Source: Paragordius varius (lineage: Eukaryota > Animalia > Nematomorpha). Taken from it: a stretch of 64,000 nucleotides of DNA. The number at the start of each line of letters is the position of its first letter. The first letter of the stretch is position 1. A model generated the notes under the pieces. The model was given only the letters and a program-made list of their open reading frames with translations, was not told the DNA's origin and made no database searches. This document shows, in pieces, positions 1 through 12,193 of this stretch. Both the position numbers and the translations under genes were made by a program. Where the stretch lies: NCBI GenBank assembly GCA_964247055.1, contig OZ176052.1, forward strand, positions 10,168,001 to 10,232,000. Reading direction: 5' to 3'.

Positions 1-752
1 ATCGAACTAAAAGCTAGCCTATACTTTGAGGCATAACATTTTTTTCTAAACCAATATATTTCATATATAATCTATAAATAATAACATCTTCAATGTTAAT
101 TTGAATTAAGTTATCTTATCAATAAATTATATTAATTAGTATCTAAATAAAATATTCACCAACAATATATAAAACATTGGATACATATAAATTCAGTATT
201 CCAAATCGATCTTAGAACACAAATATGGCGTTATGAATAAGTAAACTATATTGTTGTTTTCATATTTTGTCAAGAACGTATGGTGGAATACAAAAATTTA
301 ACTTTCATAACCGCCGTATTTGTTGACACAAACATTATATATTATTTTAAAGCTAATATTTTTAATAGATATGAATCTTTTGAGGCATCATTAGATACAA
401 AGTCTCGAATAAATAAATTATAAGCATTTTGGCACCGAGTTTTCCTAGAACGGTATTTAAAGTATAAGTAAAAAAATTCAATTTTATTGAACATCATATT
501 GTCAACCCAAGAAAAATCTAGGTGGGAGCAAAAAATTTGCGTAATTCAATTATATGATATAACTTGAAACAAATGTAATATGGATATCAGCTGCAATTTA
601 TCAATATTTGTCCCCGATATGCATATTTCACGCAGATATAAGGATTTCATTAATTATGATTTTTATAATATTATAATTCGCATTTTTATTTTTATAAGAG
701 GGGAGGTGGAATAAGCATTTATTTTTCAATTCGATGGGGCGTGAACAAAAAT

Positions 753-768
753 AGGTTGGGAACCACTG
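753..768. mobile_element. Solitary hAT-type terminal inverted repeat end (AGGTTGGGAACCACTG)
   Basis: Reverse complement CAGTGGTTCCCAACCT resembles typical hAT MITE termini; no partner end was seen. Confidence 0.4.
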
Positions 769-983
769 GTTTAGAATGCTAAAAGATATTTATCCATATA
801 TAAAAGAATCCGTTCTTGACCGATTTGTGGAAAAGGGCGAATAACATAATTATATGTACCTCTTTGTCCTGAAATCAGAAAAATTATTTTAAATTAATAA
901 AAAAATATCTCTCTTTTTGGCGCAAAAACTCTTTGTCTTTTAATCAATAACAATATAGATTATAATCAGTTAAAAATATAAAT

Positions 984-1280
984 TTACTGGCATTTAGTCC
1001 ATTGTAAATTTTGTTCCAACGTACCAGGTACATGAACAACGTACAAAAGCCCTAATTGGGGATGTTCGAAACATTTGAAATTGTTAACATCAACGTGAAG
1101 GTTGCTATCTACATATCTTAAATCCAATAAAATAATCATAAATTACACAATAATTGTAACAAAAAGAATTTAAACATTGATTTTCACAAATATTGATATA
1201 AATAAACTGACCTGTTACAAGGAGATACATTTTGAAAGGCACGGGCATATTGTGGATGTCTGAGCCAATTCAACCATGTG
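984..1280 (-). CDS. Two terminal coding exons (TWLNWLRHPQYARAFQNVSPCN|SNLHVDVNNFKCFEHPQLGLLYVVHVPGTLEQNLQWTKCQ*), possibly the end of MALT1
   Basis: GC-elevated open segments 1280-~1211 and ~1105-984, joined by a GT(CAGT)...TAG intron in phase 2 and ending in TAA. Gene assignment is inference. Confidence 0.42.
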
Positions 1281-1690
1281 CTTGATAATAAGCATATAAA
1301 TTTAATCATATTCAGAAATTTTAATCCATTCAAAATGACATTATATATACGTAGATAAATCGTTTTAAATTAGATCCAGAAAAAGAAACAGCTTCAAGGT
1401 AATATTGAATTGATTATAAACATACAGTAATAAATTTAAACTAACGCCTATAAATCAATTTGCTCATGCTGATTATCATTAATTATTGTTTAAAGTTGAA
1501 TGTGAATTCGGAAGCCACATAATAAGCCAAAAATAATAAAAATTTGAATTTGATGGACGTTTTAAATATAATTCTAGGATAATATTGAATTTAGTAATTT
1601 TTAAGAGTGAAATATTAAAATTTACTCAAAAAATTTAAATTTTTCATACAAAAAATTTCATAATGCGAATACAACTATTTATTTTCAAAA

Positions 1691-2270
1691 TTAAGGTTTT
1701 GGGTGAGTAGGTCCACTGTACAAAAAAAAATATTTTAAAAAATACTTCATATATTCAGAATATCGGTAACATTCAGTTGGTGGCTGCCTGTCAATAGTAC
1801 ATGGGTTCAGAATACCATATCCAATAGCTTCTGATTGGTGATTAAGAAATAGAGCGAAAACGATTGAGATATAAAGCATTGTTATGGGATTCATAATGTG
1901 TAAGCTATACTAAAGCGTGCAAAGTAATAAATTAAAAATTGTAAAAAAACGATTTTAAAATCCAAATGATTTAAAAGGTTAAATATGTTTTAATTATAAT
2001 TCGTAATCTGATAAAAAATGACCTTTACTCACCATAAGACACACATTTGTGTCTGGATAATAATTGATGAGTACATATAGTTTCAAGGTTTCGGCAATAA
2101 ATTATAATTAATTAAATTACAATATATAAATTTTCAACATTTAACTTTCAAAAATTGATGTATGAGATGGTTAATTAATTATAAAAAATTTAATTAATAT
2201 TAACACACATCATTACTTATAGCTGTCACTTTGGAGAGTTGATATATCGATCAATAATTTCTCATTTGCT
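1691..2270 (-). CDS. Probable C-terminal Ig-like (Ig3) exons of the MALT1 gene, downstream of an in-frame TAA
   Basis: Exons 2270-2230, 2052-2033 and 1909-~1746 have GT/AG ends and read KANEKLLIDISTLQNTNVCLMYSLHIMNPITMLYISIVF, nearly colinear with human MALT1 KAHELPESMCLKFDCGVQIQLGFAAEFSNVMIIYTSIVY (from memory). The exact 3' end is unresolved. Confidence 0.62.
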
Positions 2271-2349
2271 CTATTGTATCCATAAAAAACTTATTACAAA
2301 TTTAGCGCAAATTAAATAATTTAAGGCAAAAAACAAAACGAATTCACTT

Positions 2350-5300
2350 TTATATATTTTTATCCAGTATGTGTTCATTTTCATCAGTGTCCTCCCATAT
2401 TTTATCGGCTAAGGAGAAATTTTTTGATAAATTTGACCGAATCTCTGGAAACTGATTATTTAACTGGGCCAAAGGCTCAGAAGCATAAACACTCAATCGT
2501 ACGCGTTTAAGTATGTCCTCGATAGGGCTGTCAGATTGAATGTGTTTAAGTAAATGTGTCATGTAAATACTGTGTGTATGTCCTTCTAATTCATACGCTT
2601 TTGCACTTGAACTGGTGGCATAACCAAAAATACAATTCCCATGGGATGAGGGATTGTTACTGGCAACTAACGTTTTGTTTGTAACACTGTTTTGTGTGTT
2701 TCACAATAAAGAATTGATTAATTGTTAAATTATGAAAAAATTAAAATTTATAAAGCAATAATACAATGTGCATAAAGATGCATTGCTAGTATTTCATTAA
2801 ATATCGAGAGACAGCATTGACTTTAAAGAGTGATATTATTAAATGATAATTAAGAAAAAGGGAAAAATGTTTTTTTTCATGCGACTGTATTGTAAATCCT
2901 GTCTGGCACATTAAATGAAACCAAATGTTAACTCATACTGTAAGAGATGATATAAAATAGAATGAACAAAGATTAGAAATATTACAAAAATTGAGATTAC
3001 CGAAGGGTTTGCGCATATTATATAGCTGTATATTTAAAGTGTAAATTATATAAGTGCATATAGTGTAAATTTAGTTAATTCATAATAATTCCGAAAAAAA
3101 ACAATTAGTAATTATTATTTTTTAAGTTTTTATAAGTAATGTATTAAATACCACAATTTTATATTTAATTTACGTTAAAATTACTCATTTTCCTCATTCG
3201 ATACGTTCGTTATGAACAAATCTTCATTTTGTTCTTCCAGTCGACAGATATCCAATATAAAGGTTATACATTCTGGATATTTTATAGGGTAGGCATTATG
3301 TTGGTGTTTTTGTTTAACTAACGCCATCGAACCCACGTTATTAAATACCTTGAGTATGTCTCTTTCGACACAAATGCATTTTTGCTGCCTAAAATTAATT
3401 ACAATAAAAATAGCAAAAATAAAAAAACATATTGCAATAATAATTTTATTTGTCGTAAAATTTATTCATAAATATGCATTATCTATTAGATAATATGAGA
3501 TTTCAAAAAATCTAATTAAGTTTAGTTAAAAATAAAAATTGCCAGAATTCAAATTATTTTACAAATAATTGTTTTTGCATTTATACCTTTTATTTTCATC
3601 GGTTCTCAAACAGTTATCGGTTAACTGTATTAAATTATTTTGTTCCAATATAGCATTCTCCGAGTGTTCGAATTTCTTCTTATTTTTGTTATCATTATCG
3701 TAGATAGGGACAAGATAACTTTCTCCATTTTTTTCGAAACCATGACCACCAAAATAAAAAACGATATAAACACGTGATCTGAATGATTTTGCGATACAAT
3801 GTGCTATAACTAATGTAAAATCTGTAATAGCTTTTACCATTGACTCGTATGTTAAGTTAGTGTACGCGTATATCTAAAATAGGTGTATTGGTAAATTCTT
3901 ATTATAATTAAATATATTAGCCCATAAAAAAATTTCCGGCAAATTGAATAAATAAAAAACATAATGTATCATTTAAATGGTTTAAAAACAATATTATTAT
4001 TTTGCTATAAACACGATGTTTTGTTAAATTATCATGATAATAATAAAATCTATAAATTTTTAACTACTTTGTTAAAAAATCCGAAATATAACAATTACCA
4101 TTTTGGTATTATAACAGTATTTGTACGCTTTTACACAATAAAATAGTCTCTATAAAAAAATTATTCAAAATCATTATAATAATTTAAGAAACATTTACCA
4201 TTTCTACGTTAAATAATTTAAAAAAATTATGTTAAAACCTCAAATCCCAAATCCTTCAAGTTTTGTGATAATTCTCCAATGTCATTCGCTACTGTTCCTA
4301 ATGAACTGTGGTTTGGCATATAATTATAATTTCCAATCAACAAAGCTATCTATATGGAAAATAAAAATATTAAAATATATGGTACCTTTGATGAAAATTA
4401 GTTTTCTAATGGTACAACCAAATTTTGAAAATATTTTTATAAACTTGGACGGTAATGCGAACAATTTTATTTTCTTTCAAATCATTTTCAAAAAATTTTA
4501 TTGGGTAAAATTCAAAGTTTTAAATAGACGTCATTAACTTTTACCATGCTGTACATATATTTATGGCTATAACGGAAAAAGCATTTTTATAATTTTGGTT
4601 TTTGGGAATAAACAATAGACTCCAATTTATTTTGATTAAATAAATTTATAAAATTGATATGAGGGAAAAAATTCACAATAAATATTTTAGTATAGCTATT
4701 GATGAAAGCACAGATATTAGTGTAGACATTGTAAATGTTAGCTATCATTTCAAAACATCAATGATATGACCTTTATATAAAATAACGATTAGGCGTAAAC
4801 CAGACGTGAAAAGTACCAATTCAATATCAAATGATATTTTTTAGGACGCAAATAATTACGGGCCATTATTATATTGAAATAGACGCCATCTATTTATAAA
4901 TTAATGAAGTGACAGGAAATAAAAGATATATATCAATGGTTTTTAAGCCATTGTTTATTATTCAATTATATCCCACATTAATGGGTTAATAGCTTTTGTA
5001 AAAATATAAGAAAAGTATTGTTTTCTTCTGGACAAATTAATTGAATGTGTTAAATTATCATTTACAAAAACAAATTGTATCCTAAGAAATTGATAGAAGA
5101 ACAATGGGTCAACCATTTCATTTAACCATTTCTTAACAATTCTTTCATCTAAGAAAATGTAATAACTCCATTTCATAAATCAACTAGCATGACAGAATAA
5201 CCGTCAAAAATATAATTTCTGTTGTAAAGTTCAAGTGCAGTACAATGATCGGTTAAAAATTATAAATACAACAAATTATACTAAATTAGTTTTTACCCAT

Positions 5301-8300
5301 TATTTATCATAACCAATTTTTAGTGTTTGATATGAATAGCTGATATTGTTAACTTTGATATACCTTAAGAAACACATTGTTGTATTTTAGCGAAAAAATA
5401 ATTATAATAAATTTTGTCTCAAATATATATACATATATATGTAATAACCTTATCAGTAGCTGTAAGTTGATAGTTTGAGTTCGAGTCCAAATCTAATACT
5501 ATTTCGGCGGGTTTTGACAGCACAGACCCAAAAGGATTAGAGACTCTACATTGATAAACGCCCGTGTCTACGCTTTCTTGCAAATTGACGAAACGTAATT
5601 CGTTTGAAGTTAAATTAGGGACGATCTTTTCATCATATTAAAAAATGTATAAATGTAATTAATAATTTAAACGTAGGCAGATTTTGAAATACCCCCCCAG
5701 TCATAAAAAACTTTTTAAAATAAGCAGCGCTTAAAAGTAGCTAATGCTAATTAACAAACTTTCCGATGCCTAAAATCCGTGTTTTTAAGATCTTAAAAGT
5801 TGTATTTCCTATGTAAAGATTACAAGTATTTTTTGTGGTATAAAAAATTAAATGACATAAAAATTAGTAGAATATTAAAAAAATAAGGATAAATTCAAAA
5901 ATGATAAGGATAACGAGCCAAATATTTTTAATGCAGTGAGGGTCAATACAAGTAAAGTCCAATGTGTATTCACAAAACCTTTTATAAATTTTAATGTTAA
6001 AATATACCGTGTTATTCTTATACCATTCATACGAGAGTGGAGTATCCCCTTTCGCTTTACAGGCCAAAATAATTGAACTGCCAATACGTAATTTAAGACT
6101 GGGTACTTGTGGATGATATGTTATATAAGGTTTGCGGCCAGAAACCCTATTAGGGTTAATTTGCAAGGGCTTTACTGATAGGTTATTATGCACCAAAGAT
6201 AAATTCCCAATAGATTGAGGAGGAGTGGAATCAATTTCATCATCTTTCATTTTTATGTTAACCTATTTAGATAAAATAAATGAATTGGGTTAGTTGGGTT
6301 AGATTGGTTATAAATACTCTCATGACCGTGATTGTGGCGCCCCTTATAAAATCAAACAGTCAATATAAACATATGATTAAAAAGTGATTACAATAGCATA
6401 ATGGATAAAACCTTAATATAATGGGAAGAATTTAAATTATTATTGATATTAGTACTATAATTCAGCAATAATTGAAGGAATTTATTAAAGTATGAGTTTT
6501 CGATTACTACAAGTAATCTTTGTCAAAAGTATTTTTTATAAATTTTTATTTATTGCTATAAATTTAGTAATTAAACTCTAAAAATAAATTGAATGGTTAA
6601 TATTATTTTATTTTGTCTAGTTACAACGCACAATTATATTTAAAGTAGTTATGACTGCTTATAACCATAAATAACTGCAATCATTAGCGGAAAAACCGGT
6701 AATTATTTTTTTACAGGTAAAAAACTCGGCTTACTGGTATCGATAATCACAAAGATTAAAATAAAGTGAAACTGTTATTTTTGTTTCATAAATACAATAA
6801 GTTTTTTTATATTTTTTAACACTAAAGAACAATATCAATGGTTAGGATGTTTTTTTTGAGATTGTCGAATGGGAAAAATATTAACTGTAGTAAGTTAACA
6901 TTGCTAGAAAGTTATTAATTATTGCCAAATAGTAAAAATATACCTGAGATTGACACGTCCAAACGACGCCAAAATCATTGAGAACTTTGCATTGGTAAAC
7001 GCCTTCATGAACGGCTTTCCTGCAGTTGGTGATAGTTAGGGTTGGAAAAGTGTAATCTTCCAATACAACGTGATCCTTGTACCATTGGAAGGAGAGATTA
7101 GGAAGGCCGATGGCATTACAACTATATATTTAATATTTGGATTTGCTTATATGTATACATGTGACATTTGGCTTTTCATGGAATTTAACCATTAATATAA
7201 GCCAACTATCAAAATTATTTGATAATTAAAATGTTAAATTCTTTGCCCTTTGTATTAAGACTATAGTATTTTGAGTTACTTATAAAAGATAAATATAAAT
7301 AATATTTTTTGTTTTGACTGTAATTTAAAAGGATATAGATAAAATTGATAAACTGAAGAAAATGACACATAATCTTATGCTTAAGCCATAACATTAAAAA
7401 TAAATATTAAAACCAAAAAAATATTTTAACAAATAATAAATGTAGGATTAAATTTTTATTGATTAGGTTACCATAAACTAAAATTTGGATTGAATATCCA
7501 GATTATAAGAGAGTAAAGGTTTTTCAAATCAGCAAATTATTTGTAACCTTTACTATTTTCCAGTATATTCATCGAATAGACTAACCTTTTTAAAAATACA
7601 TTATTAATGGATATAGTCTTAAACATAAAAATATCCTTCACGAAAATTTTTATAATGTCAATAAAAAAATTCTAATTAATCATAGTGGACAGATTGTTAT
7701 ATATTATTATAAAATAATATACGTCAATGTTAATGTATCCATTTCGGTAATGTTTAAATTAGCAATGGGATGTTTGATTATTCTTGGTGTTTGACCTTTG
7801 GATTTGGGTTGGACAATTGGTTGAGTCGTTTTTGGAGAACATACTTTAACAGCAGACCAATCGGAATATAGGGCATTCTTTATCCCACCATTATTAACGC
7901 GGCATATATAGAGGCCTTGATTTTCTATTCTTTACAACAAACATTGTAAAAGTCAATGCAAAAACTTTATGTTTTCAATAATCAATTCGGGTTGAGTTTG
8001 TCTAAACAACATATTTTTCTCCTTAAACCATTGATATTTTGGCAGAGGATAACCATCTGCGTGGCAACTTAATTTTAATGTTTCACCAACATTTATTTTT
8101 AACTTTGTTTCTGGCTGCTTTGCAATTTTTACTGGATCTAAAATAAGTTAAGCTAAACCTAAGTTTTTAAACATTAATAGAGGCGGAGCATATTCCAATT
8201 TTTCGAAGGCATCCAACATGTTTTCCAACGTTATATTAGCCTTTGAAAGCGTTTCAAATAGATTAAATGCGTCATTAGTTTGTATTTCAATACTTAAATA

Positions 8301-8444
8301 TAAAATCACTTACTAGTTATTTTTTAAATGCATTTTTAATCCATTTAATCTTTCGTGCTTATTTAAATACTTGCAAATTTGTAAAATTTGCGTTTGCGGT
8401 ATCTCGCTTATCAATGTGGTTAAAGGCAATTTATGCCGAATCAT
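2350..8444 (-). CDS. MALT1: MALT1-type (type 1) paracaspase: death domain, three Ig domains, caspase-like domain
   Basis: Phase-consistent 11-exon model: 8444-8314, 8292-8159, 8137-7966, 7929-7723, 7121-6944, 6262-6008, 5625-5449, 4349-4239, 3873-3587, 3388-3185, 2686-2350. Motifs: DD (TLISEIPQTQILQICKYLNK...TLENMLDAFEKLEY), three Ig folds (C..W.K..G.Y.C), ATDK|IALLIGN, catalytic His in FYFGGHGFE (~3743), catalytic Cys in FILDICR (~3245), CIFGYATS, PEIRSNLS; all match MALT1 motifs as recalled. Confidence 0.92.
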
Positions 8445-8496
8445 CTGTGGAACATCTGTTTTTCTTTCGTGGATAAAATATTTGGCTAAACTCAAA

Positions 8497-11400
8497 ATGC
8501 CTTCAATTATTAAAGCTGGCTATTTGAAACGATTTGACAATGCAAAAACTGGAATAAAAGCTATCCTTGGATTTGGTGGAAAAGATTGGAAAGAAGAATA
8601 TTTTGTGCTATATGATGATAGTACACTGGCGTGGTTTAAAAAGCGAGATTCAAAAAAGCCTGAAGGCAGTGTATTTATTAAGGCTGTGGCAAATTTAATG
8701 GCTTTTGGCGAGTTCACCAAAAATGTTAACCATTTTTTTATAATTAGGTACCAAATAGACCGGATTTACCTTCCGGAGGATTATATCGTAATCTCATGGC
8801 ATTTGGCCAAGACAGGAAACATGTTATATTTGCTCTTGCAAACGATGAAAATGACATGAAGTTTATATTTTATACATCTCATTTATTACATTTATTCTAT
8901 AGCTCCTGGGTCAATGCGATTGTTAGCACAGTAATCTTTTTATTATTTGTTTTATTATAAAAATAAAAAATGGATTTAAATTTATTATTTTTAGTTACCT
9001 CCATTGCCTCAACCCCCTCCCCCAACTAGTGCGGCAGATGCCGGAAAAGCTCCGATTGATTCAAATAAACCAGGTAAGTTTTAATTTTAGGTAATAAAAA
9101 TATGTCATACATTTAATTATTGTATGTATAAATAGGCAAAATTTGTCATTTATTAGGGTATATTAAATTAAGTTACAGGTAAGAATGGCTATATTATTTA
9201 TTTATTGTAAAAGATCCTTTTTTTTAAAAGAAATACGGTTAGTGGTTAACATGTGAATGAGGACTTCCGTGGTGAAGCATTTTTACCAGAGTAGTTTGGC
9301 CATTTGATCTTTGATTGTTCGTTAGTGAAACTATAGGTTTAAGTCTTTTTAGAATTAAAAAGAAAGCACCTTTTTCTTTTTGCCGACATTGTAATGTTTT
9401 CTATATGTCCTAAAGCATTCAGATTCTGTTTGTTTCACAATGACCAATTTTATTGTTTGAAAAAATAAATATTGCGAGTTTGGTTTGCGGAAACAAATTT
9501 TGATTATATTAATTTCATTATTTTGATTTGTAAAATTTATTTTTCGCGGTGTCGGCTGAGATTATTGAGGAGCTGGAAATTATAAGTATGGTATACATAA
9601 CTTAGTTTCACATTAATTATACTTTGAGATATTGAATTTTCATTAATATTTTATGATTAAATATTTATTTTACATAGAAAGCTTTATCAATCTAAATTTT
9701 TTATTATTTATCTTGTTAATCTATTATTTCTATTATTTTATTCAAAATTTCTTTTTTCAAAAATCTTATGCATTAAAATGCTTCATTTTCCAACTATTTC
9801 TACCAACTTCACTGTATAAATTTATAGCTTTCTCTAACATTTGACTAATAGGTAATTGTTTCAAGTTTATATAGCAGTGTGTTTGTAATTTTTGATTTAG
9901 CTTCACCGACATATGGACAAGGTCAAATTAAATTTTATTTCTTCGTCTTATAAAGTGGATTTTCGGTCCCAAATTTTGATTGGTCCTCGGGATAACATTT
10001 TTTAAATTAATTTAATAGGCAGATACATCTCCTGACAGATAAATTAATGTATATATAAAACAATTTAGATTTACTATTGTTTCCTTAAAAATACTCGTAT
10101 ACAGTAGCTAAGGCATCGAACTTATTTACTATGTGGGTAACCAAGGTTCGATGCCTTAAACTGCATTTATCATAATCACTGTTAGTTCTGGAAACGAGTG
10201 TTAAAGCTTTTATTTTTTTACAAAGTTTGACGTCTTTACCCTTTATTGAAAAGCAAAAAAAGAGACTTTAAAATGTCTATATGTTATGCATTTTTCCTGA
10301 TGATGGCTGTGTGCGAAATTTGATACTTCTAATTACAAACCTTCGTTTTTACCTATAGAATTACAATATACACATTAATGTGTGTCAATTCACATTGTTT
10401 TTAGCCAATTGACCATACAGTAGCATATGACTAAAAAACAATAAATGGGTGTTAATTTTTTTACTATCTCACAACATTAACTTTAATTTAATTATGGACC
10501 AAATTTGTTTTTACCCATACGCTACTTTTGAACCAATTGACCAAAAATAATATACCATTTACAGTTCAAATTCACTCTTAACAATTCGAGTTCAACCTAA
10601 AATAAATTGTGTTTTTTAATATTTAAAATTACCTATATATTTTATATTTTAAAAAATGAAATTCCGTTTACAATAAAGTATGCTATAAGAATATATTTTT
10701 ATTAATGATGAGTTATATTAGCCCAAAAACACAGTTTATCTTTAGGGTGATGAATTGTTCAAGTGTGAATTTGAATTGTAAATGGTATAACATAAATAAG
10801 CTGTATCACTCCATAATGCCTACAATCTATATTATCATTATCTAGGTGATGAAAAATTGGCTGGTGGTGGTGTTGGCGGAGCAGCAGCTGCTGCTGGAGC
10901 TGGAGCCGCTATGGGCGCTGCAGCCGGAGCTGCCTCAGGGCCACAACAGCCTCCACCATATCAAGCAGGCGGACCTCAACAACAATCATATGGTGGTGGT
11001 CATCCTCCTCCCCCCACTCATGGTGGCGGTGGTCCTACTGTAGTCATTGTAGATAGAGACCGTGGTGGTGGAGGTGGCGGAGGAGGCGGAGGATATGGAA
11101 GTGGAGGCGGTGGTGGAGGAGGAGGAGGAATGTTTGGTGGTGGTCGAGGAGGTGGTCCAGGCCTTGGAACGGGTTTATTGGGTGGAGCTTTGCTTGGCTA
11201 CGGTTTGAGTAGTTTAACGCGTCCCTTTGGCGGTTATGGCATGGGTATGGGATGGGGTGGTGGAGGATATCCCATGATGGGTGGCATGGGGGGAATGGGA
11301 GGTATGGGTGGATATGGTATGGGAGGAATGGGCGGATACGGAATGGATCCTTACGGTGGAATGGGTATGGGTGGCATGGGAGGAATTCAAGACAATGACA

Positions 11401-12193
11401 CCACCAACATTGTTAACAATTACAATTATGGTGGTGCTGGTGATTCAGGTGAAATACTTGCTTCTTTTTAAAATGATTTTACTTTTAATTTATTAATCTT
11501 ATTACTATGGTTATGTTGTAACCAGGGATGTATCTGACTGATTTAACTGTGAAGGTTGTTATAATAATGTCTGAAAAATTTAATCGTATGTTAGTTGCGA
11601 TAAAAATGTAAAATAATGGTTTAAAAATTAAGTAAAACTAGTCAGATCTTTATATTTTATCCAAATTTTTCTATTGTCATAAATTGGAAACACTACTAAA
11701 AGTATTTTGCATTTTTTGTATTAATTGCTACATTTCGTGACCGGTCTAACCCTTATTTTTTAACCGACCGACCAAAAAGAAGCATCTTAATTACACCACC
11801 TATTTTGTTGTTACTAATGCTTTAGGTGGACTCATGGGTGGTGATTATGGAAGTGGTGCCGGTTTTGGTGGTGGTGGCGCTGTTGGTGGGGGAAGCGATT
11901 TCTTTACCGACAACACGTACAATTCGGGCATTGGTGATTATGGAGGCGGTATGGATGATTACTCTGGTGGTGGGGGTCTCTTTGGTGGCGGAGACTCTGG
12001 CGGAGGTCTTTTTGGAGGTGGCGGCGGGGGCGGAAGTGATTTCTTTGGTGGAGGCGGTGATTTTGGCGGAGGGGGTGGCGGTCTTTTTGGTGGAGGAGGA
12101 GGTGGTGGAGATTTCTTTGGTGGTGGCGGAGGAGACTTTGGTGGAGGAGGTGGTTTCGGCGGTGGAGATTTTGGGGGCGGTGGAGACTTCTAA
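8497..12193 (+). CDS. Evectin/PLEKHB-like PH-domain protein with Pro-rich linker and long Gly/Met/Tyr-rich tail
   Basis: Exons 8497-8724, 8748-8860, 8903-8930, 8995-9073, 9901-9921, 10846-11448, 11826-12193. PH motif IIKAGYLKR...WKEEYFVLYDDSTLAWF...SWVNAI, then PPPY, GLGTGLLGGALLGYGL and terminal GGGDF repeats. Confidence 0.82.
10102..10163. mobile_element. Mini inverted-repeat element (~60 bp)
   Basis: 13-bp perfect IR TAAGGCATCGAAC/GTTCGATGCCTTA with outer CAGT/ACTG, inside a PH-gene intron. Confidence 0.45.
10551..10789. mobile_element. MITE family B, copy 1 (TIR TATACCATTTACAGTTCAAATTCAC)
   Basis: Inverted ends at 10551-10600 and 10740-10789; a homologous copy lies at 63432-63724. Confidence 0.75.

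Noticed and set aside
1691-1894. 67-aa ORF looking like a signal peptide plus a small Cys peptide (vaguely RALF-like)
   Set aside because: The hydrophobic stretch MLYISIVF aligns with MALT1 Ig3 IIYTSIVY and has an in-phase upstream acceptor; only two Cys. It is better explained as a MALT1 exon.
5479-5488. tRNA B-box-like GTTCGAGTCC
   Set aside because: No cloverleaf; it lies in a MALT1 coding exon on the opposite strand.
5864-6007. Apparent 29-nt intron plus frameshift in the third Ig domain
   Set aside because: The true next exon is 5625-5449, which completes the Ig fold in phase 0; no recoding is needed. This is a caution for the other frame anomalies.
10152-10162. TGCCTTAAACT identical to the U12 snRNA 5' end
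   Set aside because: The branch-point-pairing sequence and stems do not follow; it is one arm of a small inverted repeat.
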